A stretch of DNA of 62,611 nucleotides, filler included. It is 7 parts of 7 records of this genome, joined end to end, with 100 filler letters (N's around TTAATTAATTAA, not from the genome) between each part and the next. Parts side by side here need not be neighbours in the genome. Positions count along the whole stretch, not along the records: positions 36,390 to 45,727 come from DRR723986_19542; positions 45,828 to 51,482 come from DRR723986_19614; 5 more parts are not named here. One strand, written 5' to 3'. Position numbers and translations under genes: made by a program. Shown here in pieces: positions 41,016 to 51,582 of the stretch (positions are counted from its first letter, which is position 1; each line of letters begins with the position of its first letter). The notes under the pieces were generated by a model that did no database searches, was not told where the DNA came from, and was given only the letters and a program-made list of their open reading frames with translations.

Positions 41016-41501
41016 TCAGGCGTCGAGCTTTTTGCGCATCAGATAACGCAGGAACTGGGCGCCACGCACCGTGACACGCTGTTCATCCACCACCTCAAAA
41101 CCGTGGCGCTCGAAGAAGGGCCGGGCGACCACGCTGGCCTCGGTCTTGAGTTCTGTTACGCCCAGCTCTTTGAGCTGCTGCTCTGCCTCGTGATAAAGGG
41201 CAGAAGCAATGCCGCGACGAGCATAATTCGGGGCAGTGAACACCAGGTCGATGTGGCCGTCTTTTTCATAGGAAATGAAACCGGCGAGATCCGAGCCTTC
41301 CTCTGCCACCAGGGTTTCCAGAGACTCCAGCCGTTCGCGCCAGGTATCCAGATGTGGCGTGCGTGAAGCCCAGGCATAACGCTGGGTTTCGTCGTAGGCA
41401 CCGGCCGTGAGCTCGTGCACGGAATCGGTGAACAGGCGAACCACCGGGCTCAGATCCTGAATCCGGTATTTACGAATGGTGATCGAAGTTACGGTACTCA
41501 T
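41016..41501 (-). CDS. GNAT acetyltransferase (YafP-like)
   Basis: RRGIASAL, EASVVARPFFERHGF. Confidence 0.88.
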   Translation of the reverse strand: MSTVTSITIRKYRIQDLSPVVRLFTDSVHELTAGAYDETQRYAWASRTPHLDTWRERLESLETLVAEEGSDLAGFISYEKDGHIDLVFTAPNYARRGIASALYHEAEQQLKELGVTELKTEASVVARPFFERHGFEVVDEQRVTVRGAQFLRYLMRKKLDA

Positions 41502-41507
41502 GTCGGT

Positions 41508-41840
41508 TTAGTGTGCACCTGTGTTGGAAAGCAGGTTGATAACCAAAACGCCGGCTACAATCAGCAGCATACCGACAACCGCAGGAAAATCCAGCTTTTG
41601 CCCGAGCAGTAACCAACCAATGAGCGAAATTAATACAATGCCCAGCCCGGCCCAGACGGCATAGGCTATCCCCACAGGGATCACCTTGATAGCCAGTGCC
41701 AGAAAATAGAAGGCCACACTGTAACCGATTACCACTACAATGCTCGGCAACAACCGGGTAAATCCTTCGCTGGATTTCAGTGCCGAGGTAGCAATCACTT
41801 CGGCCACAATGGCCAGACCAAGAAGCAGCCAGCTTTTCAT
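41508..41840 (-). CDS. SMR multidrug efflux protein (EmrE/QacE)
   Basis: [27 protein letters not shown]; 4 TM segments. Confidence 0.92.
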   Translation of the reverse strand: MKSWLLLGLAIVAEVIATSALKSSEGFTRLLPSIVVVIGYSVAFYFLALAIKVIPVGIAYAVWAGLGIVLISLIGWLLLGQKLDFPAVVGMLLIVAGVLVINLLSNTGAH

Positions 41841-41912
41841 AGAACGTGTTAAAACCATCACCAAGTGAATGAGGAGCTAAATAAACTGTGGTGGCTGAAA
41901 CGGCTGTTCTGG

Positions 41913-42602
41913 TCACGCTAAGGCGTGCGCCACGGCTTGCTCCGCGTGGATGCGGGTGGTGTCGTAAAGCGAAATGGCAGTATCAGCCTGCTGCACCAAT
42001 AAGCTAATTTCGGTACAACCCAGTATTACGCCTTGCGCTCCTCGTGCGGCCAGTGAGTCCAGCACCTGCAGATAGCCCTGTTTAGAAGGCTTGCGGATAA
42101 TACCACGGCATAGCTCGTCATAAATGACGGTATGCACCAATGCCCTCTGGGCATCATCCGGCACCAGAACGCGAATGCCACGGTTCTCCAGACGCTCCTT
42201 GTAGAACGCCTGTTCCATGGTGAATTTTGTGCCGAGAAGGCCGACACAATCGATCCCATCGCGATGAAGCGCATCAGCTGTCGCATCGGCGATGTGAAGC
42301 ATGGGCAGGCCAGAAGCCTTCTCAATACTATCTGCCACTTTGTGCATGGTGTTCGTGCACAACACAATGAAATCGGCCCCTGCCGCGGCCAACGCCTTGC
42401 CGGCCGCACCAAGAATTTCCCCGGTCGCCGCCCAGTCTCCCTGATGTTGCAGAGCTTCGATCTCGGCAAAATCCACACTGTAGAGAACCAGTCGCGCTGA
42501 GTGCAGCCCGCCCAGCTCGTCTCGCACTGTCTGGTTGATCAACTGATAGTAGGTTTGGGTGGATTCCCAGCTCATTCCACCGATGAGACCTATGGTTTTC
42601 AT
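41913..42602 (-). CDS. Aspartate/glutamate racemase family (YgeA-like)
   Basis: IGGMSWEST, CTNTMH, LGCTEI. Confidence 0.92.
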   Translation of the reverse strand: MKTIGLIGGMSWESTQTYYQLINQTVRDELGGLHSARLVLYSVDFAEIEALQHQGDWAATGEILGAAGKALAAAGADFIVLCTNTMHKVADSIEKASGLPMLHIADATADALHRDGIDCVGLLGTKFTMEQAFYKERLENRGIRVLVPDDAQRALVHTVIYDELCRGIIRKPSKQGYLQVLDSLAARGAQGVILGCTEISLLVQQADTAISLYDTTRIHAEQAVAHALA

Positions 42603-42854
42603 AGTAGTGGCTTCTTCCTTTGAACAAATTGAACCAGGCAAGACTGCCTGGAATCCGTGCGGCTTCCGTCGAGTTCCCTGAGTCTTGGGGAAACCCCGAT
42701 GGTATTGTCTTCCGCATGACTCTGTATAGAGGCTTCGGCACGGGAATCAAATTTGAGGTTACCTGAGGTGTAAATTGCTTGACCAAATAGATGTCTACCC
42801 AATAACATTCATAAAAAATGAATGTTAAATCCAGTAGCAAACCGAGGTATCCAG

Positions 42855-43016
42855 ATGGCCCTGTCATTCGTGAATATTTTCAAGAAAGAAGACGCAGAAA
42901 CTGAAAGCAATGGCGTTGAACACGTCGAGGCAAGTGGTATTGCAGAGACGCAGAACGACGAGCCAAAAAAGGGTGGGCACGGCGAGGGCGGTACCTGCTG
43001 CGGGTCCTGTTCGTAA
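42855..43016 (+). CDS. CCGSCS-motif small protein
   Basis: GAGG RBS; ends KKGGHGEGGTCCGSCS. Confidence 0.8.
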   Translation: MALSFVNIFKKEDAETESNGVEHVEASGIAETQNDEPKKGGHGEGGTCCGSCS

Positions 43017-43031
43017 ACCGGAGCTTGAAGT

Positions 43032-43057
43032 TAACCCCGGGCTGGAGTCCGGGGTTA
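43032..43057. terminator. Stem-loop between convergent genes
   Basis: TAACCCCGGGCT/AGTCCGGGGTTA. Confidence 0.6.
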
Positions 43058-43462
43058 GTTTCGATCCTTTAATACTGAATAAATCTGATACGCCGCGTGT
43101 TCTGACTCTTCAGAAGGCACCTTTCGGTTTTTTTCCCAAGACGTCAGCAAATTCAGAACCCGTTTTTCGTCATTACTGCGGAACCCTGGCCAGTACACGT
43201 AGGGCACAAGATTCGGGCGGCTGATGAAAAACAGCGCGGTTTCCTCCGGTTTCTCTTCTATATCGCCACGCAGCCCCAGGGTGAAACGCCGGCCTTCGCT
43301 TCCGGTGAGCGACACCAGCAAGGAGTTGTTGTCATCTACGCGCCGGGCGTCACTTACCGTGATGGGCGGTTCCAGGCTGGGCACCGAGGTTATGATGTAC
43401 TGAAAGATAATCAGCCCCAGGAGCAGGACAAGAAGCCCCGCCAAAGCGATCGATTTAACCAT
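43055..43462 (-). CDS. Hypothetical membrane-anchored protein
   Basis: AGGAG RBS; N-terminal TM helix. Confidence 0.7.
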   Translation of the reverse strand: MVKSIALAGLLVLLLGLIIFQYIITSVPSLEPPITVSDARRVDDNNSLLVSLTGSEGRRFTLGLRGDIEEKPEETALFFISRPNLVPYVYWPGFRSNDEKRVLNLLTSWEKNRKVPSEESEHAAYQIYSVLKDRN

Positions 43463-43531
43463 GAGTATCTCCTGGAACCCGTTTAAAGTTGGTTTTAATG
43501 GCGGGTTGCAAGTGTAACACTACTAACTGGC

Positions 43532-44017
43532 TTACAAGTCTCCGGAAACAAGTCTTACCGCAACATCCCGGTATTCCGTGTTGTTTTCTCTCTCATGCCT
43601 GGAACTGAACAGATTCAGCCACTGATCCTTCGTTAGCAATACCTCTCCGGTACCGGTAACGTTCTGGCTTACGGGATCGTAATGGCCGGCGAACTTGAAG
43701 GTGAAGTCGCTGGGGGACTCTGGCCGCGCCTTGAGCTCAAAGCCCAATGTTATTTCCGGTGAAGATACAAATCCCGTGCCTTCAGGGTCTACGTCAACTT
43801 TCAGAAGGCGCGATTGTTCCAGAAACGCCGGGCGTAATTCGGTCGGAGCGTTGCCCGGTTCTGTGGCCTGGCATTCGCAATAGCGAATCTCCAGGACCAT
43901 CGCGCTGTCATTGAGGAAGTGTTCGGGAGACGGGCCGCCGGCCTGGGTCATGCCGGGAAGCAAAGACAGGGTTGTAAGGCCAAGCAAACCGAATTTGAGT
44001 GATGCGATCCTTTGCAT
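43532..44017 (-). CDS. Hypothetical secreted protein
   Basis: GGAG RBS; signal peptide; CEC motif. Confidence 0.65.
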   Translation of the reverse strand: MQRIASLKFGLLGLTTLSLLPGMTQAGGPSPEHFLNDSAMVLEIRYCECQATEPGNAPTELRPAFLEQSRLLKVDVDPEGTGFVSSPEITLGFELKARPESPSDFTFKFAGHYDPVSQNVTGTGEVLLTKDQWLNLFSSRHERENNTEYRDVAVRLVSGDL

Positions 44018-44130
44018 GATTGAGCTCCATTCAAGGTTTAACCAGAGGTGTTCAAGCTATTCTGTTTTAACTTCCTTCGCAAGTTACGCCAGCCGATCGA
44101 GTAACCCTGAATGCCTGAAAAATGCTCCGT

Positions 44131-45045
44131 TCAGGATGGAGCAGGTGCCGCCGCACGGTTGCTGATTCGTAAGCCGAGAATCACCAGAAATACCCCAAGC
44201 CAGATGGCCGCAGAATACTGCTCCCTGAACCAGACGACGCCGATCAACAGCCCGAACACGGCGGCGACAGCGCCTAACTGACTGTAAAATACCGGGCCTG
44301 CGCGCCGTTGCAGTTCAAAGGCGACCAGATAGGTAAGGGCCGTGAGTAGCCCCTGCAGCATCAGAATGCCAATCAACTGAGGCGATGTGCCTGATGGAAG
44401 CAGTTCGGTGTTTGTCATAGCGGCGAACAGAGCCAGCGCCAGGGCAGACGCCAGCAGGGTACCGGCCGCAAGAATCATCGGTTTGGCTTTTGCTGGCCAG
44501 GCCACAGAGCGATATACGTTCCCCACAGACAACATCACAGGGATGGCCAGCCCAAGAACAAACAAGAGTGGACTGGCGTTGCTCATTTCAGCATGGCGTT
44601 GAACCACAATCCAGCCGCAGGCCATCACCGCGATGGACAACCCGGCGAGCTTGAGCCAGTTGCGGTTTTCCAGCCCCAGGCCCCACGCTAACAGGAAGGT
44701 AAAGATAGGCGGAAGGGCATACATAATTCCCGTGTAGCCGGCCCCCAGCTTTGTCACCAGAAAGAAACCGATGGCGTTGGGCACGGCAATGCCGGTCAGG
44801 CCGCTGACCAGAAAATAGCGGGCGAATCTTGCTTGATGAATCGCCCGGCGCTCCCCCGTGCATAACAGCAGCACGACGCCCGCAATGAGTGTTTGCCAGA
44901 AGGCGTAGGCAACGGCCGGCAGGCCGAGAGACGTTGCGGCCTTGGCCAGCGCCAGCATTAAAGCAATCAGAAAGCCATTGATTAGCAGTAAACCCCAGAG
45001 TACGGCCTGGGGGGGAAGGCTGAATCTTGATGTGGTGGCAAGCAT
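44131..45045 (-). CDS. EamA/DMT family transporter
   Basis: About 10 TM segments in two repeats; divergent from a LysR gene. Confidence 0.85.
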   Translation of the reverse strand: MLATTSRFSLPPQAVLWGLLLINGFLIALMLALAKAATSLGLPAVAYAFWQTLIAGVVLLLCTGERRAIHQARFARYFLVSGLTGIAVPNAIGFFLVTKLGAGYTGIMYALPPIFTFLLAWGLGLENRNWLKLAGLSIAVMACGWIVVQRHAEMSNASPLLFVLGLAIPVMLSVGNVYRSVAWPAKAKPMILAAGTLLASALALALFAAMTNTELLPSGTSPQLIGILMLQGLLTALTYLVAFELQRRAGPVFYSQLGAVAAVFGLLIGVVWFREQYSAAIWLGVFLVILGLRISNRAAAPAPS

Positions 45046-45137
45046 GGCTGGCACTCCGATGTGTGAAAAATGTCTGGTGACCACCAGTGTGCGCTTTCGG
45101 ATTGATTTGATAATCAGTCTAATTCGAATAATACTCC

Positions 45138-45150
45138 TTCCAAATTGGAA
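45138..45150. promoter_or_regulatory. LysR-type T-N11-A palindrome TTCCAAATTGGAA
   Basis: Dyad located between the divergent DMT and LysR genes. Confidence 0.6.
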
Positions 45151-45167
45151 ATAATGAGGGGCGAGCC

Positions 45168-45727
45168 ATGGCTACGGACAAACTGGTCGCAATGAACATC
45201 TTCAGGCGCGTGGCAGAACTGGGCAGTTTCACCCGGGCCGCCGACGACCTGGATATCACCGCAGCCACCGTTAGCAAACACATCGCGTTTCTGGAGAGAG
45301 ATCTTGATACTCGCCTGATCAACCGTACCACCCGCCGCATGAGCCTGACGGATGCTGGTCTAGCTTTTCTGAAGCGTACCCAGGCATTGCTGGATGAACT
45401 TGAAGATGCCGAGCTGGAGGCTCGCGGATTTCAGGCGGAACCCCGTGGCCTTATCCGCCTGAACGTTCCCATGTCTTTTGGGCTTACCCACATTACCGGG
45501 GCCATCGACAGCTTTCTGGCCCGGTATCCGGACATCGAGATCGACCTTCAGCTCAGTGACCGCATGGTGGACCTGGTGGAGCAGGGTGTGGACATGGCTA
45601 TTCGCATTCGGAGCACTCTGGCGGATTCAAGCCTGCTGGCCAAACCGCTAAGGCAGTCCCGGAATATTGTCTGTGCTGCGCCGGGCTACCTGGAGCATTC
45701 GCCCGCCATTCATGCACCCGCCGACCT
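45168..45727 (+). CDS. LysR family regulator (CrgA-like), 3'-truncated
   Basis: GSFTRAADDL..VSKHI..LE, RTTRRMSLT, DLVEQGVDMAIR. Confidence 0.93.
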
Positions 45728-45827
45728 NNNNNNNNNNNNNNNNNNNNNNNNNNNNNNNNNNNNNNNNNNNNTTAATTAATTAANNNNNNNNNNNNNNNNN
45801 NNNNNNNNNNNNNNNNNNNNNNNNNNN
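45728..45827. other. Artificial contig spacer
   Basis: Same linker. Confidence 0.98.
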
Positions 45828-46698
45828 CTGCTTTCGCAGGAGCTTTCTCAGCAGCAGGCTTCTTAGCGGCGGCGGCCTTTGCGGGTGCCTTCGCGGCTGG
45901 TTCAGCAGCTGCTTCGGGGGCGGGGGCCTCAGTGCTGGCCTCGAGGAGTTCGCGTTCCCATTCAGCCAAAGGCTCTACCGCAGAAACATTTCCTTCCGCT
46001 TCTGGCTTCTGGTGGCGCTCGATCAAACCTTCTGCCACAGCGTCGGCGATCACCTTGGTGAGCAAGCCCACCGAGCGAATTGCGTCGTCGTTACCAGGAA
46101 TCAGGTACTGGAAGTCATCGGGGTCTGCGTTGGAATCAAGAATTCCGACAACGGGAATACCCAACTTCTTTGCTTCGTCAATGGCGAGGTGCTCGCGCAG
46201 AGGGTCAATAACCCACATGGCACTCGGGGTTTTGGTCAACGAACGAATTCCACCCAAAGACTTCTGGAGCTTGGTGAGCTCACGCTTCTTCATCAGAAGT
46301 TCTTTCTTGGTGTAACCCTGGGTGGTGTCTTCGTAGTCGACTTCTTCGAGTTCCTTCATGCGGCCCAAACGCTTGGACACGGTCTGGAAGTTGGTGAGCA
46401 ATCCACCCAACCAACGCTCGTTGACATAGGGCTGGCCCACGCGAGTGGCCTGTTCGGCAATCGACTCCTGCGCCTGCTTCTTGGTGCCCACGAACAACAC
46501 GGTGCCGCCGTTGGCGACGGTGTCCTTGACGAAGTCATACGCCTTGTCAATAAAGGCCAAAGACTGCTGCAAGTCAATGATGTGAATACCGCTGCGCTCG
46601 GTCAAGATGAAGCGCTTGACTTTGGGATTCCAGCGGCGGGTTTGGTGTCCGAAGTGAACACCACTGTCTAGTAATTGTCGTATGGTGACGGCAGCCAT
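45828..46698 (-). CDS. rpsB: 30S ribosomal protein S2, 3'-truncated
   Basis: [38 protein letters not shown]; actinobacterial-type tail [11 protein letters not shown]. Confidence 0.97.
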
Positions 46699-46699
46699 T

Positions 46700-46865
46700 G
46701 CTGCACTCCTTTTGTTGTTCTCGGTTGTTCTCACGCCCGCGGCGTGAGCCTGGCGCCGGGGCCACCACCGCACCCACTTCATCCCGCACGAGAGTGAACT
46801 CACCTACGAGATGTCCTGAGACCGACGGGTGTGACCTTAGTCCGACACGCGAAGTCACAGCATCT
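46700..46865 (-). promoter_or_regulatory. rpsB 5' leader (putative S2 autoregulatory RNA)
   Basis: Long UTR with GACTTCGCG, GGCGCCAGG, CTCACGCC/GGCGTGAG hairpin and AACCGAG before the AGGAG RBS. Confidence 0.5.
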
Positions 46866-46904
46866 AAGACACTGCGCCCCACCAGCATAGCGCCCGCAGG
46901 CGGA

Positions 46905-47498
46905 TTATTCGACCCCGGAATGAGCGGAGGTCAACTCCGCCATGTGCACCGCGAGTGCTCGAAAAGCTTGGCCTCGATGCGAAAGCTCGTCCTTAGTGGC
47001 GCTCTCGAGTTCAGCCGCAGTGTGGCTCATACCTAAGGGGGTGAAGATCGGGTCATACCCGAAACCGCCGCCTCCCGCGGGCTGCTGTGCAAGCGTTCCT
47101 TCCCAGGAGCGCTCCACCACAATCTCACCGTGCTGTGAGACCAGGGCAGCAGCACACACAAATCGCGCGCTGCGAGCTACTTCACCCTTCATCTTGTCCA
47201 ACACCAGCGCGGTGTTGTCGCTATCGATCCCCGTTCCGGCGTAGCGGGCCGAATGAATCCCTGGCTCACCATTCAGGGCATCGACGACGAGCCCCGAATC
47301 ATCCGCAAGGGAAGCCACACCTGAGTCCGCAAAGTCAGCGCGTGCCTTAATCAGGGCATTCTCGCTAAAGCTCTGTCCATCTTCCTCGGGACCCTCCCCT
47401 GTGGCGGGAAGGAGCACCAGGCCTGGAACCAGAGGAGCCAAGATTCTGGTGAGCTCTTCGAGCTTGTGGGTGTTTCTGGTTCCCACGACGAATTCCAT
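46905..47498 (-). CDS. rdgB: dITP/XTP pyrophosphatase
   Basis: TRNTHK, ENALIKA, DDSGL, GFGYDPIF, SHRG. Confidence 0.95.
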   Translation of the reverse strand: MEFVVGTRNTHKLEELTRILAPLVPGLVLLPATGEGPEEDGQSFSENALIKARADFADSGVASLADDSGLVVDALNGEPGIHSARYAGTGIDSDNTALVLDKMKGEVARSARFVCAAALVSQHGEIVVERSWEGTLAQQPAGGGGFGYDPIFTPLGMSHTAAELESATKDELSHRGQAFRALAVHMAELTSAHSGVE

Positions 47499-47506
47499 AG
47501 GAAAAA

Positions 47507-48235
47507 CTAGGCCCCTGCCAGCGCATCGCGCTGAATAGTGGAGAGTTCAGCGCAGCCAGCGAGTGCCAGATCCAGCAAGCTATCAAGCTCAGCTCGGTCA
47601 AAGGGAGCGCCCTCTGCGGTTCCTTGAACCTCGACAAAGGCACCGCTGCCGGTAACCACGACGTTCATATCGGTTTCCGCGGCAACATCTTCCACATAGG
47701 CCAAGTCCAGCAGAGGGGTCTGCTCCACAATCCCGACGCTAATCGCCGCGATCGAATCCTTCAGCGCCACCGTGTGTGCGGAGATGTGGCCGGCGTCCTT
47801 GGCCCAGGACAGAGAATCCACCAAAGCCACATAAGCGCCCGTAATGGCCGCTGTTCTCGTGCCACCATCGGCTTGTAACACGTCGCAGTCGATCACGATG
47901 GTGTTCTCGCCCAGGGCCGATAAATCGATAATGCCGCGCAGGCTTCGTCCAATCAGCCGGGAAATCTCATGGGTTCGACCTCCGAGCTTGCCTTTGACCG
48001 ATTCGCGATCCATGCGTGAATTCGTGGAACGAGGAATCATGCCGTATTCGGCGGTAACCCACCCTGTTCCCTGACCTTTGAGCCACCGAGGCACCCCCGG
48101 CGTGAAGGAGGCCGTGCAGAGGACTTTGGTATCGCCACAGCTAATCAGCGCGCTTCCCTCCGCCTGAGAGCTCCATCCGCGCTCGATAGTGACTGGTCGT
48201 AGTTGGTTGGCCAGCCTGCCATCGGCGCGATTCAC
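47507..48235 (-). CDS. rph: Ribonuclease PH
   Basis: [41 protein letters not shown]. Confidence 0.97.
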   Translation of the reverse strand: MNRADGRLANQLRPVTIERGWSSQAEGSALISCGDTKVLCTASFTPGVPRWLKGQGTGWVTAEYGMIPRSTNSRMDRESVKGKLGGRTHEISRLIGRSLRGIIDLSALGENTIVIDCDVLQADGGTRTAAITGAYVALVDSLSWAKDAGHISAHTVALKDSIAAISVGIVEQTPLLDLAYVEDVAAETDMNVVVTGSGAFVEVQGTAEGAPFDRAELDSLLDLALAGCAELSTIQRDALAGA

Positions 48236-49704
48236 GGGTTCTCCTTGGGGGTTGTGGATTCAATAGCGTGTCGAAAATCATCTGCCCGGGCTTGATAGTC
48301 CTGATACTGACCAAAACTGGGTGCACCGGGAGAAAGCAACACAATATCCCCTGCCGCGGCATATTTCCTGGCTAGCGTGATAGCCAAGCCCATCGACTCC
48401 GCCACTTCGGTGTGAACCACTGAGCCCTCGGGGGCACTATCCAGAGCCTGGCGAAAGAGTTCCACCAACGTCGCACCATTACCGGGAAGACCCAGGATAT
48501 GTGCCGGGCGCGATCGCAGCACCTGATCGACCAACACCGAGTAATCCACGCCTCGATCCGTTCCCCCCACCAGCCACACCATATTCGGCGATTCCAAGGA
48601 GTGCAGGGCAGCTGCGGCCGCGTGAGGGTTTGTGGCCAGCGAATCATTGACAAAAACGATTCCTGAGGGGTCGTGAATCTTTTCCAATCGATTCGGCAAT
48701 GGCCTAAAACTGGCCAGCGATGAGGCGATCACGCTCTCATCCAGTAATCCCGTAGCAGCAGCACCGGCCAGCGCGAGGGCCATATTGAGATGGTTATGTG
48801 TTCCCACCACCGAGCTCTCCCCGGTGTGAAAAAGACGCTCATCTCCGCGCATAATCCAGGAGTCGTGGCCTTCTGACTCCAGATGCCATTGCTGACCATG
48901 CCCCACCCAGGTGAGCTCACGATGTGGATACCGCCGGGTGATTTCCGCTCGCAAGATCGGATCATCGCTCGCTGCGATGACCACTCTCGGGCCGTGTTCG
49001 AGGATGGACAATTTATCTGTGTAATACGCCTCCACGGAGCCGTGCCAATCCAAATGCTCAGGAAAAAGCGCGGTCAAGACCACCACATCCGGTGAGGTAG
49101 CCAGGTAGTGGCACTGATAGCTAGAGAATTCCACGACGTGGTAGTGCGCAGGCTCCAGCCCCTGCAGGGGAATACCCATATTGCCACCCAGGGATACCTC
49201 AACACCTGAATCGCTCAGCAGGTGATGCACCAGGGTGCTGGTGGTCGACTTCCCCTTCGAGCCTGTCACGCCCAGCAGAGTAGAACGGTGATCTGCCACA
49301 AACAGTGCGCTACCGGAGGTGACGCTCACCCCAAGGCTGTGGATAAAGGCATAGAGCTCGCTCGTGGCCGGAATGCCTGGTGACATCACGGCAATCTCTA
49401 CTCCGGCCAGGAGCTCTCTAAGCTGGTCTTGGGCCGCCTCGTCCCCCGGTGTTGCCAGTAAGTGAAGAGGTGCCGTATCTCCAAAAGTGTCTCGCCAGCG
49501 TGTGGTGTGGGCGCTTTCTGTGGTGTCGAGCCCGCGCACGACACTGGGCTTTGCCCGAGAGAGCAAACGCTGTGCCATCGCGAGACCCTCGCGAGCGACC
49601 CCCACGACCAGGACGGTGCGTGAGTCAAGGTCTGCCAGATGCAGGACTGGGTTAGGCAAGGACCTGACCCAGGGTGTGATATCCGCCGGGCATAGCGAGT
49701 TCAC
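48232..49704 (-). CDS. murD2: MurD2-type UDP-MurNAc-peptide:glutamate ligase
   Basis: [52 protein letters not shown]; adjacent to murL; start may be TTG 49659. Confidence 0.8.
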   Translation of the reverse strand: MNSLCPADITPWVRSLPNPVLHLADLDSRTVLVVGVAREGLAMAQRLLSRAKPSVVRGLDTTESAHTTRWRDTFGDTAPLHLLATPGDEAAQDQLRELLAGVEIAVMSPGIPATSELYAFIHSLGVSVTSGSALFVADHRSTLLGVTGSKGKSTTSTLVHHLLSDSGVEVSLGGNMGIPLQGLEPAHYHVVEFSSYQCHYLATSPDVVVLTALFPEHLDWHGSVEAYYTDKLSILEHGPRVVIAASDDPILRAEITRRYPHRELTWVGHGQQWHLESEGHDSWIMRGDERLFHTGESSVVGTHNHLNMALALAGAAATGLLDESVIASSLASFRPLPNRLEKIHDPSGIVFVNDSLATNPHAAAAALHSLESPNMVWLVGGTDRGVDYSVLVDQVLRSRPAHILGLPGNGATLVELFRQALDSAPEGSVVHTEVAESMGLAITLARKYAAAGDIVLLSPGAPSFGQYQDYQARADDFRHAIESTTPKENP

Positions 49705-51013
49705 TCTCTCGGTGACCGAGCACCTGCACTTCTAATTCGGGATGGGGAACCAGTAATTCCGGGATCTCAGCGACCAATGCCTTGACCACAGCGGCGTTTT
49801 TCCATTCCCCCGCCGTTGCGACCCAGTGCAAGGCAAGCATCGATTCTGCTTGCTCCCCGACACATTCGAAGGGGCGGTGTTCGTGCAAGCCCAGAAGCGC
49901 TCGGTAGCCCTCGAGCTGGCTGGGGTTATCCAGCAAGTTATCGGCAAACATACGGGTGAGGGAGGTCGCGGGGATAAAGGGGCTCAAAATCAAGAAGATG
50001 AAACGACACTTGTCACAATCACCACACCACCGAGCATCCTCCACACCACGCCTAAAGGCTCTATTGCAGCTGGTGATCACGGGGTGGTACTCGCTCAGTG
50101 CTGCGAAGTAACGAGCAATCTGTATCTCGCTATAGGGCCGAAGCAACGAGAAATAGGACCCTGCGGATAGACCCGCTTGCGGGCCCAACATGTCCTGAAG
50201 AAGCTCTTCGGCCACTTCGGATTTAGACCACTGATGGTTGACCGGCATATCCCCCCACCACAGGGTGGGCTCGGATGCGGAGGCTTCCAGCGACATCACC
50301 ACGGGGCCTAGGCCAATAATGCGTGCCTGAACCAGGGCAATCAGCGAATTCATAGCGGTGACAGGAACATGGCCATTGAGAGCTCCCGCTTCGTTGAGCT
50401 CCATAATGCGAGTATCGAGCTCTCTCGTGGCTGCCAAGACCGGGTGGCCCTTGATGCGACCCACCCGATACATGATTTTGTTCGGGTTGACCCCAAATTG
50501 CACGGGGTGCATCCGAGCCGCCGCGAGAAGTTCCACACTGACTACAGAATCTTTTCCTCCGCCAATGGGAACCAAAGGGTCTCCCGAGGGAGTCAGGTGA
50601 TCCTCTGCGGGCCACGCAGGCGCCACCCCCGCAGTGAGGACGATCTCAGGGTGAAGCGGTTCGGGTAATTCGTTTCGATACGCAAATTCGGCCATGCCGT
50701 GCGTAATCAGCTCGCCCAGGTAGTCCACACCAGCCTGAGTCATGCCCTCGAGTTCAATCACATAGCGAGAGGGCGCAGCCGCCTTGAAATAACTCAGACC
50801 TAACGCGGCCCCCAAGATAACGATCAGACCTCGAACCCGGGGCCAATCCACCTCATGGCTTGCGCGCACCGGAGTGAAAGAAATCGATTCAGAAAAATGC
50901 TCTGTGGAGTCCTCGCCGACGAGGGAATACTCGAAGCGGACACTGAAATCGTGGGCGTTGAGGGTGGCGCTAAGGAAGCGAAACTCGGTGTAAACACTGG
51001 GCTCAAACACCAT
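49652..51013 (-). CDS. murL: MurL-type UDP-MurNAc-peptide L-Glu epimerase
   Basis: SYFKAA, GGGKDS, LNGHVPVTA, NHQWSKS, SCNRAF, WCGDCDKC, PFECVG. Confidence 0.85.
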   Translation of the reverse strand: MVFEPSVYTEFRFLSATLNAHDFSVRFEYSLVGEDSTEHFSESISFTPVRASHEVDWPRVRGLIVILGAALGLSYFKAAAPSRYVIELEGMTQAGVDYLGELITHGMAEFAYRNELPEPLHPEIVLTAGVAPAWPAEDHLTPSGDPLVPIGGGKDSVVSVELLAAARMHPVQFGVNPNKIMYRVGRIKGHPVLAATRELDTRIMELNEAGALNGHVPVTAMNSLIALVQARIIGLGPVVMSLEASASEPTLWWGDMPVNHQWSKSEVAEELLQDMLGPQAGLSAGSYFSLLRPYSEIQIARYFAALSEYHPVITSCNRAFRRGVEDARWCGDCDKCRFIFLILSPFIPATSLTRMFADNLLDNPSQLEGYRALLGLHEHRPFECVGEQAESMLALHWVATAGEWKNAAVVKALVAEIPELLVPHPELEVQVLGHRESELAMPGGYHTLGQVLA

Positions 51014-51252
51014 GTTCGACGCTTCCTCCCTTCTGGTGAGCACGTAGCGTGCTAGCAATCGACCTACTTCCCATCATAGACGCGCCACCCCAAGACACTC
51101 AGCACCGCGCCACTATCCCGCCACCAGGCCCCTTCGGCCTCGAAACCACCACCACGCTTCGCCCCCGGGGAAGCTCGCTAGGTCCTGGCACACTCTGCCT
51201 TTCGGGCTCCTCGGGCCTCTCGGCCCTCAGCCTCACCAAGTAGGCTTGGAGC

Positions 51253-51482
51253 GTGTCCACAGCGCTCTTGACCGATCAGTACGAACTGACCATGGTCGAT
51301 GCGGCCCGAGCATCTGGTCGCGCAGGGCGCCAAGCCGTTTTCGAGGTCTTTGGACGCCAATTGCCACCGGGTCGACGTTTCGGGGTCGTGGCCGGCACCC
51401 ACCGTTTGCTCGATGCCATCGAAAATTTTCACTTTGGCGAAGAAGAACTCGCTTTTCTCTCGGATCACCACATTGTCAGTGA
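51253..51482 (+). CDS. pncB: Nicotinate phosphoribosyltransferase, N-terminal fragment
   Basis: STALLTDQYELTM, AVFEVF.R.LP.GRR.GVVAG. Confidence 0.9.
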
Positions 51483-51582
51483 NNNNNNNNNNNNNNNNNN
51501 NNNNNNNNNNNNNNNNNNNNNNNNNNTTAATTAATTAANNNNNNNNNNNNNNNNNNNNNNNNNNNNNNNNNNNNNNNNNNNN
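51483..51582. other. Artificial contig spacer
   Basis: Same linker. Confidence 0.98.

Noticed and set aside
42750-42778. SoxR/MerR-like box (TTGAGGTTACCTGAGG)
   Set aside because: Direct repeat rather than the required dyad, and no MerR regulator nearby
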